Assembly (NCBI GenBank): GCA_904063045.1
Contig: CAJFCJ010000015.1
Location: forward strand, 124,001 to 188,000
DNA: 64,000 nt
Direction of reading: 5' to 3'
DNA from: Dimorphilus gyrociliatus
Lineage: Eukaryota > Animalia > Annelida
Positions 1-13,415 of this stretch are shown one piece after another. The position numbers were made by a program, and so were the translations under genes. The notes under the pieces are model-generated. The model was not told the origin of the DNA. It made no database searches and was given only the letters and a program-made list of their open reading frames with translations. Position 1 is the first letter of the stretch; each line of letters starts with the position of its first letter.

Positions 1-460
1 TATAAGGGTCATTCTATTTAAACTTGAGACACGCGAGCAGTTAAAAAAAACGTATTTTCATCTTTATAACAGAGGAAATAGGATTTTGTTTCGATTTCTT
101 TTTGTTGCACGGATTAAGAGTTTCTTTTTAAGGGTGTGAAAATTTAATTAAATGTACCTACGGGGCTAAACTCTGTGTAAGCCATTGAAAATATCCCGCT
201 GCCAAGGGGCTAATAAATTCGGCGCCGCTTTTTATTGTAATAAAATGAAAGCGTCTCTAACGCGCTTTGCACGTCAAATATTTTACTTCGTCGGCGTTCT
301 TTTTGAGTTGAAGTAACGGATATGGGTAGGTGTATTAAGTGCATTCAGAAAAAAAAGCACATAAATCATAAGTGGGCTATAAGGGTAGGTTAACAGACCG
401 TTATTAATAACTGTAAATTATAATGGTGGAAGACCTTTAACCTTTTATTATTGCCGGCAG

Positions 461-1529
461 GTCTGTCACACGCGGTCAAAGAACGGACGAGGAGCAGTTT
501 TACATAGAGATCTTAAGCCTGCTAATATCTTCTTAGATTCTAATCGAAATGCAAAATTGGGTGATTTTGGCCTAGCAAGGGTATTAAATCCTGACAATGC
601 TTTCGCACGGACATTTGTTGGAACTCCTTATTACATGAGCCCGGAACAGGTGAACTATTTGACCTATAATGAAAAATCGGACATCTGGTCTTTAGGTTGC
701 CTTCTGTACGAACTTTGCGCCTTAAGGCCTCCGTTTATAGCGACAAATCAGAAGGAACTGGCCGTAAAAATATCCAAAGGTGTTTTCCAACGTATTCCCC
801 AGCAATATTCAGAAGAATTAAATGACTTGATTAAACTACTTTTACAAGTTGATGAATTCCGTCGACCAAGTATTGACCAAGTTCTCGACCACCCCGTAGT
901 ACAAAGGAGGGGGGCCGAATATTTGCAAGTACTGCAGAGATCGTCTTCGCCAGCTGACAGGACTATCTTAAGAGACGATTCTCAGCGTGAGATGGAAGAG
1001 GCGCTAAGGCTTAGAGAGGAAAGTATTAAAGAGAAGGAGCAACTGCTGAGAGCCCGAGACGAGTACGTCCGGCTCAGAGAAGCGAAAATTGCCGAGAAAG
1101 AAAAGGAGCTTGAAAGTAAGATACTTTACTTTACTTCTTAGTTGTTATACGATACTCTAGAATGCAGATTCTCTTGTTAGAGTATCCATGTAGTAGCACC
1201 ATTCTAGTAAGCTAATCCCTTCTTAAATTTTTTCTATAGAACGAGAAGCTGCTCTCGTACTCCGCGAAAAACTAATTGAGGAACGCCTGCAGAGATACGA
1301 ACGTCCGATAGAAAGGAAACGCGTTTCGTTTAGCGTTCGAGATAAAGAAAATGATCCACCTATGCCAAAGCAACGTCAAACCTCCTTCAGATTACCAGTC
1401 CAAGTCCCTAAAGGAATAGAATTCGACTTGAAAACGCGGCTGAGAAACGCCCGCCTCAAAGCAGACGAACTCCGGCAATTGGAGACGGAAGCCAGACAAA
1501 AAGCCCAAAATACATTTGGCATTCGATAA
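461..1529 (+). CDS. NEK2: NIMA-related kinase NEK2, 3' part (5' exons lie upstream of the window). Exons 461-1115 and 1240-1529
   Basis: The exon after the ggcag acceptor reads VCHTRSKNGRGAVLHRDLKPANIFLD..DFGLARVL..FVGTPYYMSPEQ. A coiled coil follows, and a GT-AG intron (1116-1239) joins a last exon with KRVSF, KEN and a terminal GIR*, matching the NEK2 C-terminal layout. Confidence 0.93.
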
Positions 1530-3069
1530 TGTGTCAATTTCCTACATTCCATTTCCTCCAGTTTGTGCAGAGAGAGAAAAATTACCCAAAAGATATCGTA
1601 TTTGGGTAAACTTTTCTCATTATCTTCAATCGACACTGTATGTAATATTTCTTTCAAAATTTACTTTCTCCTTCATCCGTCCTGAAAGACAGTCCGGCAA
1701 TAGTAGCAGGTGTTTTCGAATGTTGGGGTTAAAAAGAATCGGTTATTTCGGCAGGTGCAAAGGCTTTAGTCGTTTTGAACTGAGACAGATGGTGCGTCTA
1801 CTTTCGAACAGTTCCAAGCCTATTGTATAACGATTTTTGTCCAAGTTCACTATCTAATTTTGCTATTGTAAAATTCAAATGTACTTGTATTATTATTGAT
1901 GTTTGAAAATTTGGCCTTGAAGAATTTCCTTATTGAACTGTATATGATTCTCTTTTTTTATTACTTTGTACAGAATACGCCAATGTTATTGAATAAATAT
2001 TCTTTTATCATAAAAACAATCTCTTTAATAAGTAAATTTATCTAGTGTATTATTATACATATGGAAGTATATATAAAGAATTAAATATTAAGCATGAAAG
2101 CTACAAGATGCATATTCACTATTTAGAAGGGGGTTGTATTGGCCTGAGGGTAATTGTTAATAGGGAACAAATTTGAGGTATCTAAGCAAATACCGATATA
2201 TACCGAATTTAGGTTCGTTATGTAACTCTGATTGTCCTCATAAGAGGGAGGGATGTTCTTGTATTGTTACAAGACTTTTAAAAGTCGTTTGGCATGCGAC
2301 AATTACTATATATAGAAGATAGCATCTGTCAACCGTCCCTGTTCTAGATAAAAGCGTGAATACACTTTGAACATTGCTTAAAAACTGGAAAAAATGTTAA
2401 GTCCATTGACAAGAGCATGTAAGGCAGGATTACATTAATTATCGGTGAGAAGCGTAAAATCATACTATTGTTTATTACGTTAATAATTGAACGGCGTTAT
2501 GTAATAGTTTATAAGGGGCATAAAGCATGTGATGAAGCGGCGAAAAGCCGACGTTACGCAATCATGTCGAAGGCGTCTCATGTCTCGGTACTTGAAAGAT
2601 GCCCGCTTGTTCCGGTGCACTCCTATTAAAAAATGCACACAATTTCCGAATATTTCCGGTCTCATTTGTCAACTGGCTAGTATAAATCTCATTTGTAACG
2701 GTTAGGGTATTCTATAAGGGTATTTTAGAACAGTTTTAAGTTTTCATTAAATGAAGTAGGCCGATTTAAGGCCAGACACGTGCTCTTAAGACACTTCTAT
2801 TATTAGAGATGAGTGCCAGAAATTACGAAATTGAAACTGGGCCACACAGATGGCGCTGAATCATTATTTTCGTATTATTTTTTAGAGAATGACTTATTTA
2901 CCTGTAGAAACATTATTTTTTTTACGAAAGTTTTTCTTATATTTTAATTTGGATTATTAGCCAGGTTTACGAAAGTATTGTAAACAAATATGGCGTCTAC
3001 ATTGATTCTTACGCGAAAACGTGTTTACTATTTACTTCGTCACATGACTATTATAGATTAATAACAACA

Positions 3070-6000
3070 ATGATATTCGGTGACAACGTTGATGAAGTTG
3101 CGCAAATAGCGGAAGTTTTTCAAGTTCAACTGAGCAAAAATAGTGAAAAATGCACAACTTTCCCAGCAGAAGAACTGGTTGAAGAATGGGAATTACCGAC
3201 TCATTTCAACCAATCTTATAATTTTGGTGATATATATCCAAGTCATAATGAGCAAGCTCAATGGAGGATAAAAGAAAGGGTATGTGAATATTTAGGTCAT
3301 TTTCTCGGTCATAATATTACTGTTCTTCCAGATGAAAACAAACGGTGTCGCTCTTGTATTATGCCTAAATATAGGTGTTGATCCTCCCGATGTTATGAAG
3401 ACATCACCTTGCGCGAGAACTGAATGCTGGATAGGTAATATCCTGCTCTATTTCATAATTTCACTAATTCACTATCTCAAGAGTTCAATGGCCGTTATAT
3501 AAAATTTACTCTTTAACTATAATTTCCAGATCCGCAAACCATGGCTCCCCAAAAAGCTTTAGAATTAATAGGTCAAACACTGCAAAAGCATTATGAAAGG
3601 TGGCAACCTAGAGCTAGATACAAGCAAGTTTTGGATCCTACTGTTGAAGAAGTTAAAAAATTATGTGCATCCCTAAGAAGAAACGCAAAAGTTTGTATAT
3701 CTTTTTTCAACCTTTTATTCTAATTAACGGAAAATAAAAGTTAAAATATTTTTATACAAAAATACGCTTAACATTTGAGACATAATTAATTTTTTTATAT
3801 TAAAGTAATTTCATAATCCAAGCTCACGACTGTATTAATTAAAAAAAAACGATTTTGTAGGAAAATACTCCAATAATAAGAGTAATCGTATTAAAAATAT
3901 CTTTGTTTTCCGGTAATCAGATTGACGATATATAATCTTTTTTCGTATAATTAGGATACATTGTTTAGCATGGTGTGTAATCTTACCCAATTACTAAAAC
4001 AGGAAGTTGATTAGCTAGCATTTCATAAAAATGTGTAAATTAACTTTGATCAAATGCTCAAGTGGAGATGTAATTAACTTCTTTTGTTTAGGAGGAAAGG
4101 GTATTATTTCACTACAATGGTCATGGCGTTCCAAAACCAACCAGCAATGGAGAAATCTGGGTATTTAATAAGGTTTGTTTTTTATTGATTATAAAAAGCA
4201 CATTTTACTGAATATTTATTCATGAATAATATATATACATTATACACTATACATCTATAAATTTATAGATACAAATATTCATATGCTTATTAAATTCATT
4301 GAATATTTTGCAGAATTATACCCAGTATATACCTTTATCGTTATATGATTTACATTCCTGGATGGGTACACCTTCAATTTACGTATTTGATTGTAATTGT
4401 GCTGGGATTATTATGAAATATTTTGATCAACATTTAGGATCTTCAAGTTCAGATGTAAGTCAATTATGTTATCATTACTATTATTATCAATAAACTTGTA
4501 ACATATCAATTGTTAATAAATCAATATAAATTATATTGCATTTATTACTATTCTAACGTAAAAGTGGGCCTATTAATTTTTTGGCAACATTTCGTAATCG
4601 TTATCCTTTTTATTAGATATTAATCAGTTTTATTATTCATTTTTTTATTAAATTATTCGATTATTTTATATCATTTTATAATAAAATGTTAATTTATTAA
4701 TATTTTTATGCAATACAGAGTAACAAATTAGATGTTAGTGAAAAAGCAGCTGTTAGGCTGGCAGCTTGTGGAGAAAATCAAATGCTGCCGATGTCACCGG
4801 ATTTACCAGCTGATTTATTTACATCATGCTTAACTACACCAATTAAAGTTGCCCTCAAATGGTTCATTCTTCTTTATCTAAATTTATTTGATGTTTCGTT
4901 GAAAAGATGTTAATTTTTAACAGGTTTGTGAAGCAGAATGCGCAGAAATTCAATCCCGCAATAAACGAAGATTTAATAGATAAGTATGCATCTAATTATA
5001 TATCTCGTTGGAAGATTTTATCAAACGAGTCTCTTTTTCAGAATACCTGGTCATTTAACTGATCGTAAATCAATGTTGGGCGAACTCAACTGGGTATTCA
5101 CGGCTATTACTGATACAATTGCTTGGAATTGTTTACCAACTGGTAGTTTTTCATTTTTTAATTCTTTTGATAACAAATCTAAATTGCTTTAGTTGAAATA
5201 TATGTTATTTGAAAATTTGATATATTTGACCTACAAACCAGTGAACCTTTTATAAACTAAAAATTGCTACTTGTCTTATAACTAGAATTTTTTTAAACAT
5301 ATCTTATTTTAGTTTATTTCTATTTTAGAATTATTTCAAAGGCTATTCCGGCAAGATTTAATGTTGGCAAGTCTATTCCGTAATTTCTTACTTGCTGAAC
5401 GAATTATGAAAGCATATAACTGCGAACCCATGAGTGTGCCTGTTTTACCTCCTATGCATATGCATCCTTTCTGGCAAGCTTGGGATACAACATTGGATCT
5501 CTGCTTTTCTAAATTACCACATATTCTCGATTCTCGTGAACCAAATGCTGCATCACAAAATAAAGTTTCTTTTTTTAACGAGCAATCACAAGCTTTCATG
5601 GTAAGTTGCGCTCGGAGATATTTGTCGATATTCCATATTTTACTCTTAATAAATTTATTTATAAAGAGAGATACATCATTTTCTTTATTCTTGTAGATGT
5701 GGTTAAAATTTGGCCCAATCAATAAAAATCCTCCTGATCAATTACCCATTGTACTTCAAGTGTTATTAAGTCAAGGTCAGCGCATTCGAGCTCTCGATTT
5801 ACTGGCGCAATTTATGGATCTTGGGAGAGAAAGCGTTTTATGTGTTAGTATTTTTTTTTATAAAAAACAACTTTCCAGTTTTATTGGTTTTTTTCTCAAT
5901 TTAACAATATTCATTGCTTTCTTATAAATTTTAACCAGGCTCTTCGTGTTGGTATTTTTCCTTATGTATTAAAGCTACTACAAAGTTCCGTACCCGAAAT

Positions 6001-9000
6001 TCGACCATTTCTTGTTGTTATCTGGGCAAAAATAATTGCCGTTGATCAATCAGTTCAAGCTGAACTAACTAGGGATGATAATCATAATTTTTTCCTATCA
6101 TTTTTGTCTGATTCTACTGTACATGTATGTATTAATTAATTAGTGGTTTTATAATATCTACGATTGAATTTCCTTATTTTTTTTTTAGCCAAGACATAGG
6201 ACAATGGCTGCATTCATCATTTCTAAAATTGTGAATAGTTATAAAGTAGCTCAAGATGCTGCTTATAAAAGTTCAGTTATTGATGACTGTTTAACTGAAC
6301 TTGAACACGAAGATCCTAAACTTAGGCAATGGGTTTGCTTCTGTCTTGCAAAAATATGGGACGGTCACAATGATGCAAGGTGGAGAGGAGTGAGAGATTC
6401 TGCTCACGAAAAAATTGGTTCTCTTCTCAAAGACAAATGCTCTGAGGTTAGAGCAGCAGGTAATTTAATTTTATATGGATAACAACTGAATGTATATGAT
6501 TTCCAATCTCGTTGATAGCTGTGTATGCCCTTGGGACATTTGTTTTACCATCTGGTAGCGGGGATCATGCCGCCAAAGTAAATCAGAATATTGCTATGAA
6601 ACTAATAAAGTCAGCCAACGATTGCTCAACACTTGTCAGAAAGGAGGTTACCTGCTCCCTTTCTAATATCGTACTGCAATGTGAAAATCAAATTGTTAGT
6701 GCCTGTAAGAGCCAAATGATTGAAGAAAGAACATTAGGCTCAAAAAGACAATTAAAAAGCACTGGTAAGTAATTATCTAATACCTTAATAGAATTATCAA
6801 TAACACTATCTATTTTCTGAGGTAGAAAATGATCTATTTCAATATATTTTTCTCATATATATTGTTTATTATTAATGTTCGCTTGTCACATTCTCTCTAT
6901 TTATCGTTGAACCTTTCAGAAACTAGAACATTAGTTCAATCAAGACGGTCTAGCGGTAAATTGGATTCTTTTTAGGAAAAAAATTTTGTCTTTAGTTTCA
7001 GTTCTAAAACACAGAATATTTAAATGCATGATAATATATAAACAATGCATTTGTTGACTTGTTTTCTCCTCTTTCTGTCTAAGTAGTGACGTCTAACATT
7101 AAGATTTAAAACTTAATTATTGTTATCAATAGCAAGCAAAAGCTTTCAAAATGTTTGCATTTGCTAAAAATTGAATTTTAGAAGGAGTTTACGTCAGTGT
7201 TTTTATAGAATAGAAATAGTCTTTAAAAGAATATTCAGATTTAGAACTTTATGTTGTGTTCCTTAGTCATCGAATCTACTTCAATGGTCAAGGCATTAAC
7301 ATCACCTCTATCTCCCTCACCTCGACCCACAAGACCAAATAACTTCACCTCACCATTGCCGACGCGAAAGCTGTGTATGTTCCAGAGAAATCTATTTTTC
7401 ATTTTTGTTACTACGCAAACCAAAATTCCTACTCCCTTACTCCGACTTTTTCTTAATTATTTTAGGGTTAAGGTTTTAAAAGATGGTTGTGGTTACTATG
7501 AATTAGCTTCATTTTTTTTTTGTCCTATTGGTCGATTATTTTAACACCTGGCTATTACACTTTCAATGTTGCTTTTAGTTGGTTTTTTGAATTCTCTTTA
7601 ATTTATAATTCTTTTAAAATTTATTATTTAAATCTTGAATTCTTAAAAAAAACTTGTTATAATCTCTTCTTTTCTATTTACTTAGCATTTAATGTGCTGT
7701 CACCTGTGGAGACAACGCAAAGCGACTTAAGAAGAGTCGCTTCCTCTACTTCTATATCTTCCAGCGCCATAAATGATGTATATGTTTCCATTTGGAAAAC
7801 TTTAAAACTTCTAGAAGCTGATCCGTTTAACGAAGTTGAAGTTATTGCCAAGACAGTTGTTAAATATGTAGAAAGTAAAGTTGACATGAGTTCTTTATTG
7901 GTAATACCATAATAAGTATTTAAATGGCTTCCAATTTAAATAATTTTCCTTGCAGAGTTTTACTTTACCTAGAAGTATAAGTAAAGGTTCATCTTCTCCA
8001 AATTTCTCCTCAGCTCCTAGTAGTCCTTCAAATAAACCGCCATCTGGTATGCTTCATGTTCCCAGTGAAAGTAATATTCAAGGCACGATATCAGAAGAAA
8101 ATCATAAAAATCGACCATCAACACTTCGATCGGTAATTTTTTTATAAACTTCATAATAATCTATATAGATGTAAAAAAATATCCATGTTTCACAGGTTTC
8201 AAGTCACTCCAAAACGTCTCAAAGTTTAATGGCCGATAAAGAAAATCGTCTAATTAAGACCAAATATTTTGAATGGGCGTCAGAGAAATTTGCTCTAACG
8301 TTAAATCGAACCCCAACAGACTCAGATCCCGATAGTGATATATCTATGCAGACTACATACAGAAAGAGCTTGGCTCATAAAGTTCGTTCAGATTGCCGGT
8401 GGCAGAAATTTCCTGACTGTGAGCAAGCAATTTTATTTTTAAACAGTTAATTGTATTTTTAGTCATTGATTTCCAGCATCTATGTTCATTTTTCACTGTT
8501 TTTTTTGTTTTAGCGTATCATCTTGAACAAACAACATATAGGAATCTAAAATGTCCAACTGTTCTTAACTTCCATCCTTTTGAACCATATTTTGTCTGTG
8601 GTGACGATGATGGATTTAGGTAAAGTGAAAAACATTTTTTCTTATTTAAATTTGAGAATAGTTGCATACACCAATATATAAAATTTCTTTCTATTGATAA
8701 TTTAGCATCTATAATTGGGAAACATCGACAAGATTTGCTCAATTTAGTAACCAGAGACCAAGAGGAAGAATTAGTGCCTTACAATTTGTAAATTGTTGTT
8801 ATCGACCAATGATTATGGTTGGAAGCAGTAAGTACAAGTTAAATATAAATTAGTTGAGAGATAGATACAACTAACTCTCGTCCCTGTTTTTCTTCTAGAT
8901 GATGGATGTATAAAATTATGGAGAAATTATATGTTAGACGATCCCTCAATTAAGTTAGTTACCGCATGGAACGCTCTACCTGAACTCTTTGATCAAAGAA

Positions 9001-10217
9001 GACACTACAGTGTGTTTTTTAAACTTATTACTTAGCATTTTTAATTTGATACTCAATGACAAAAATAATTGCTTACAAATATTCTAGGAGCTGGTCTGCA
9101 GATAAAATGGGAGCCTCATAGATCGAAAGTAATTTGCGGTGCAGATTCTAGTAGGATTGTAAGAATATTTGATGTCAACATTGAAAAGATGTGTCAGGAA
9201 TTTTCAACTCAATCCGAATCCGCTCTAACTAGCATAGAAAGTGATGCATGTAATAGAAATTTAATATTTTGTGCGTATGAAGATGGTGTTATAAATATAT
9301 TTGACAGACGAGAGAAGCCTGCATCCTGGTAAGTATATTTTAATACTTAATAATATAATAAAACTTAATAACTCTTATGATATTTATAGCAAAGTCAACA
9401 CTTATAGAGAACATAAAGGAAGAATTGTTGGTATAAAGTTACAGCATAGAGAAAAGAGTCATATAGTAACAGCAGATCAAATGGGCATTGTAAGTATACA
9501 TTCTGGATGGAAATTTTTAGTTAATCAATCATTGTATTGTCAAAATTTGGTTTTCTAATCTTTCAATACCTGCAAGTCAGCCAGATTTTTAAAAATATTC
9601 ATTTTATTTATTTTTGATAAAATTTTTCACAGATTAAAAATAATCTATAAATATAAGATAATGACCTTGTTGACATTTTTAGTATTAATAATTTACCTTC
9701 CTAAAATCCGGATATTTTTGTTTTCAATATAAATGTTTATATCATGACCCCTATCTGTCATTGAAACTATTTTGAAAATATTTTCAGCATAGGTTTAGGA
9801 TGTTATTGTAAGAAATATACTAAATATTTCTCTCTATTTTTCAGGTTAAAGTTTGGGATCAGAGACTTAAAACAGCGCAAACAACATTTAAAACTGTTGA
9901 CTCTGTTACTTCCTTTGATGTTCATCGTCTCGTTGACATGATTGTTGTGGGTTCTTCACAACAAATTATTCATATTACAAAACATAATGGCGAAACTCTA
10001 AAAGTCATAAAAAATAATAATGAAGGTTTTCTTAGTCAAAAAATATCTGCACCCCATTGTTTGGCTTTCCATCCAAACTATGTAAGCTATATACATTCAA
10101 AGTTATCTGTTTGTGACGTCTCTTTATAATCAAAACTAAACTTTATTACTTTTTCAGATGAAATTTGCGGCTGGAAGTCGAATGGACAATTTTGTCAACG
10201 TCTACACTATTAAATGA
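3070..10217 (+). CDS. RPTOR: Regulatory-associated protein of mTOR (Raptor), about 25 exons
   Basis: Spliced exons give [76 protein letters not shown] repeats ([13 protein letters not shown]) and WD40 repeats ending [26 protein letters not shown]. All introns traced are GT-AG and in phase. The exact start Met is less certain. Confidence 0.96.
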
Positions 10218-10516
10218 TAGACGAATAACTGACAGTTTCCTTGTTTAAAAGACTCATTTATAATAATTTGTTGAAATTTGTTTATTCTTTTATTTAAGTG
10301 ACAATTTTCCTGATAATTATTTTTTTTTGCCTTTTTGAGTTGAATAGCAGCATTTATATACCGTTGAATAATTTCTCACTCGCTCTCTCTTCCTTTCTCT
10401 TTCTCTCTCTTCAATTGAAAATGATTCAACCATGCCAAATTTTAGAATCTGCAATCATAGGTCAATTTTTATTTAATATTTCTCCAATGGTTAAATTCTT
10501 AACATTCTATTTTCTT

Positions 10517-10536
10517 TCTCTCTCTCTCTCTCTCTC
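10517..10536. repeat. (CT)n microsatellite
   Basis: Direct dinucleotide run downstream of Raptor. Confidence 0.85.
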
Positions 10537-11536
10537 ACTCTTTATTGATTTGCGATGATTCGTTATACTTTCTCTTTTATTATTTCAAATCAAATACTTT
10601 TTAATATTTTCAATCGAATGAGAGTCACATCTATAACTTTTTTCGTAAGTAGTACAAACTTTGAGGAAGTAATCTCTTTCAATCTTTCTATCTTCTATAC
10701 TAATTTATTCCATTTTTTTTACTGTAGCATATATGTATTTACAGTATATATGCATGCAGTATTGCATGTTCTCTGTATTTGGGGCAAAATAATTTATTCA
10801 ACCGATTAAAAATAGTTCAAGTTGCAGCTGCTGTTAAATTGTTGATAATAAAATCCACGAAATTTAAATAGCGTCATTTTAATTATGATTAGTAAGAATT
10901 TAAGTTTACAGAAATTAAAATGTTTATTATTGATATGTGACTCCATCTATCGGAATTTTCATATTCAATGGTTACTTTTCAAAATTATTATTATTTAATA
11001 AAAAAACAAGAGCTTTTGCATATAATTGTTTTTGAATATGAAATATTCATTTAAATAATACATAGGAAGACTTTTTAAATTTTAAAAAATAATATTGCTT
11101 TTTCGTACTGTACCTTAATTCGGTCAGAAATGTCACCCAGTTCACACTTGAATTCATATCATATTCTGAAAAATGTCTCACAATGATATTACATAATGTT
11201 TTTATTATCCACTTAAAACATTTATAACATATTTTCTAAATGACAATTGGTTGTTACGTCCTACTTCTGAGTAGGTTGCATTTGAATAGATCATAGTCTA
11301 GAGTAGCCTTTGATCAAAAAGTTGAAAATCCAAGTACTTTTTGTAACTCGTTATCAAGAGAAAAGTTCATATAAATTAATTTATCAGATGATTGCAATTT
11401 AGAAAATATTTTTATTTCAATCAATGAGCAATTTGTGAAAATTGATTAATTTTATTGATTGCACTTTGATCACCATGGTTCAATTCTTGTTTGTTTCAAT
11501 AAACAAATAGGTTATCTGTATAAAATAATTGAGAAA

Positions 11537-13415
11537 ATGAACAACAAAAGGATAAATTCAGCAACATCAAGAGGAAAACCACCAGGACCAAGTCCAAGGA
11601 AGAGTTGTTAATATAATTTTTCTTAATACTACCTACAAAATGAATTAATAGAGATAAAGAATAGATGAAAATAAGATATATATATATATATATGCTAAAA
11701 GAATTGGTTCAGTTTATTAATCAAGTTGAAAGAGTAGGATTTTAAGAGAAAAATAATAAATAAAAAGCATTAACTTTAAATGTTAACAGTAAATCTTTGA
11801 AGTGAAAACTTTTAAAGATAATTTACCTATCACACAGGTACTTTTAAGATAAAATTATTTTCCCAATCTGATTTAAGTTACTTGTTTATAACAAATTTTA
11901 AACAAATTTATATAGAATAATAACAATAATAAGGTTGTTTAGTATTGTTTTCTTAATTCATTAATTATTTAAGAGATATATGTATTCTCTGTTAAAAGTA
12001 TTACTTTTCTTTAATTAGAGTTTTACAATCAAACCAATTATTGCTATGCACAAACTTCACATAAAAAAATATTTGATGAAAGCACTGGGGTAGTTTAGAG
12101 ACATTCCTTATCCCTTTTCTTACCTACAAAGGTATGGTATGCACTTAATAAAAATCTCTCTCTTCATCTATGAATATCATATTTTCGTATAATCTTCAGA
12201 TGTACGACCTTCGCTGTCGACCAGGTCATCTATTTCTTCAAATTCTAGTACTTCTAGGCTTGGGAGTTCTCTATCTAAACGACCATCTAGTAGAGTTTCT
12301 ACCCCTACGAAACCTAATGCCAGTACTTCGCCGTTAAGGAGAAGAATATCTTCTTCGTCAAGCATTGCCCCTGACCGGTTGAAAACACCTTCTCAGTCGA
12401 GGCGTTCCTCAAATATGTCTGCTGGATCTGCTGAAGAGGATAAAATTTCCTTGAAATTAAATACGCTTGAGAAAATAGAACAAGAGGAAATAACGATTGA
12501 AATAAACGAACAATCGGCAACAGACATGAAAGTTCCGTCCGTTGTTTCTGATAATAAACAAACACAACACAATCAACCGGAGAGCGAAAGTGACGAAGAG
12601 ACGGATAGGAAAGCTCCAGATCAATTAAAACTGGAGGTGAAAAGTTCAAATTTGCGGAACGTTGTTCAAAACTATTCAGTCAATAAAACACGTTTAAACA
12701 GCGTTCCGGCTGTTACAGACCGTATTCTAAATTTAATATATTTTCTATTACAGTTTCTATCAAGTTTAATGGAAAATGATTATGATAATGCTCTAAAACT
12801 TTGTAAAATGAGTAAGCGTAAATAGGTCTTTCATTAACAAAGCTAATCAATAATCTTTGTTTTAGTCCTTATCTATGAAAAAAAAAATCCCGAAGCTTTA
12901 CAATTTCAAAAGTTGATAACGGAAAAAAAGAGACTCGGTTCGGTTCTTACCTTTTACAATTCCCCACCCAAAAAGAAATAATTTGTAACGTTAAATGCCC
13001 AGAAGCCGAAATGGCTAATGACAATAGTTCGTCCGAAGAGGAAGACACTGACGACAGCGATGACGAAGAGGATGATAGTGAGAGTGATGACGAAGGTAAC
13101 AAAGACGATAACAAGCCAAATTCTAACATGAAGAATAATGCTGCGGAAAATAAAGTTTCAAACCAAAAAAATGATGGAGATGAAGAAGATAAAATTAAAA
13201 CAGATAAACAAAATAAAGGAAGCGAAGAAAATGAAAGCAATAAAGAAGAAGAGGAAGAGGAAGAACATGAAGAAGACGAAGAAGATGAAGAAGACGAAGA
13301 AGAAGATGCAGATGATGATGATAAAGAAGACAAAGAAGAAAAAACTGAAGGTGACCTAAAGAGTCAAAATACTGTAGAAAGTAGCAGAACAAATTCAGAA
13401 TTGAGCGAAGAGTAA
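11537..13415 (+). CDS. ERICH2: Glutamate-rich protein 2-like: Ser/Arg-rich N-terminus, ERICH2 helical domain, poly-Glu/Asp tail
   Basis: Exons near 12200-12636, 12753-12811 and 12866-12938 splice to KAPDQLKLEFLSSLMENDYDNALKLCKMILIYEKKNPEALQFQKLI, resembling the ERICH2 domain; acidic exon 12999-13412. The first exon (ATG 11537) and the 3' end are tentative. Confidence 0.75.

Noticed and set aside
1376-1830. ORFs 1376-1657 (-) and 1516-1830 (+)
   Set aside because: Antisense shadow of the NEK2 last exon and an open stretch in its 3' UTR; no recognisable product.
2115-2270. Minus-strand frame containing PPSYED (PPxY-like)
   Set aside because: Preceded by an in-frame stop with no credible acceptor or start; likely chance.
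2217-2505. PAR-bZIP D-box matches (GTTATGTAAC, GTTATGTAAT), with others at about 11189 and 44645
   Set aside because: TTATGTAA is expected many times in DNA this AT-rich, so there is no evident enrichment.
7182-7192. Putative 11-nt Raptor micro-exon
   Set aside because: A better acceptor at 7265 restores the phase without it.
12947-13392. Poly-Ser/Leu and Lys/Met-rich ORFs
   Set aside because: Antisense and alternative frames of the GAA/GAT-rich ERICH2 acidic exon.
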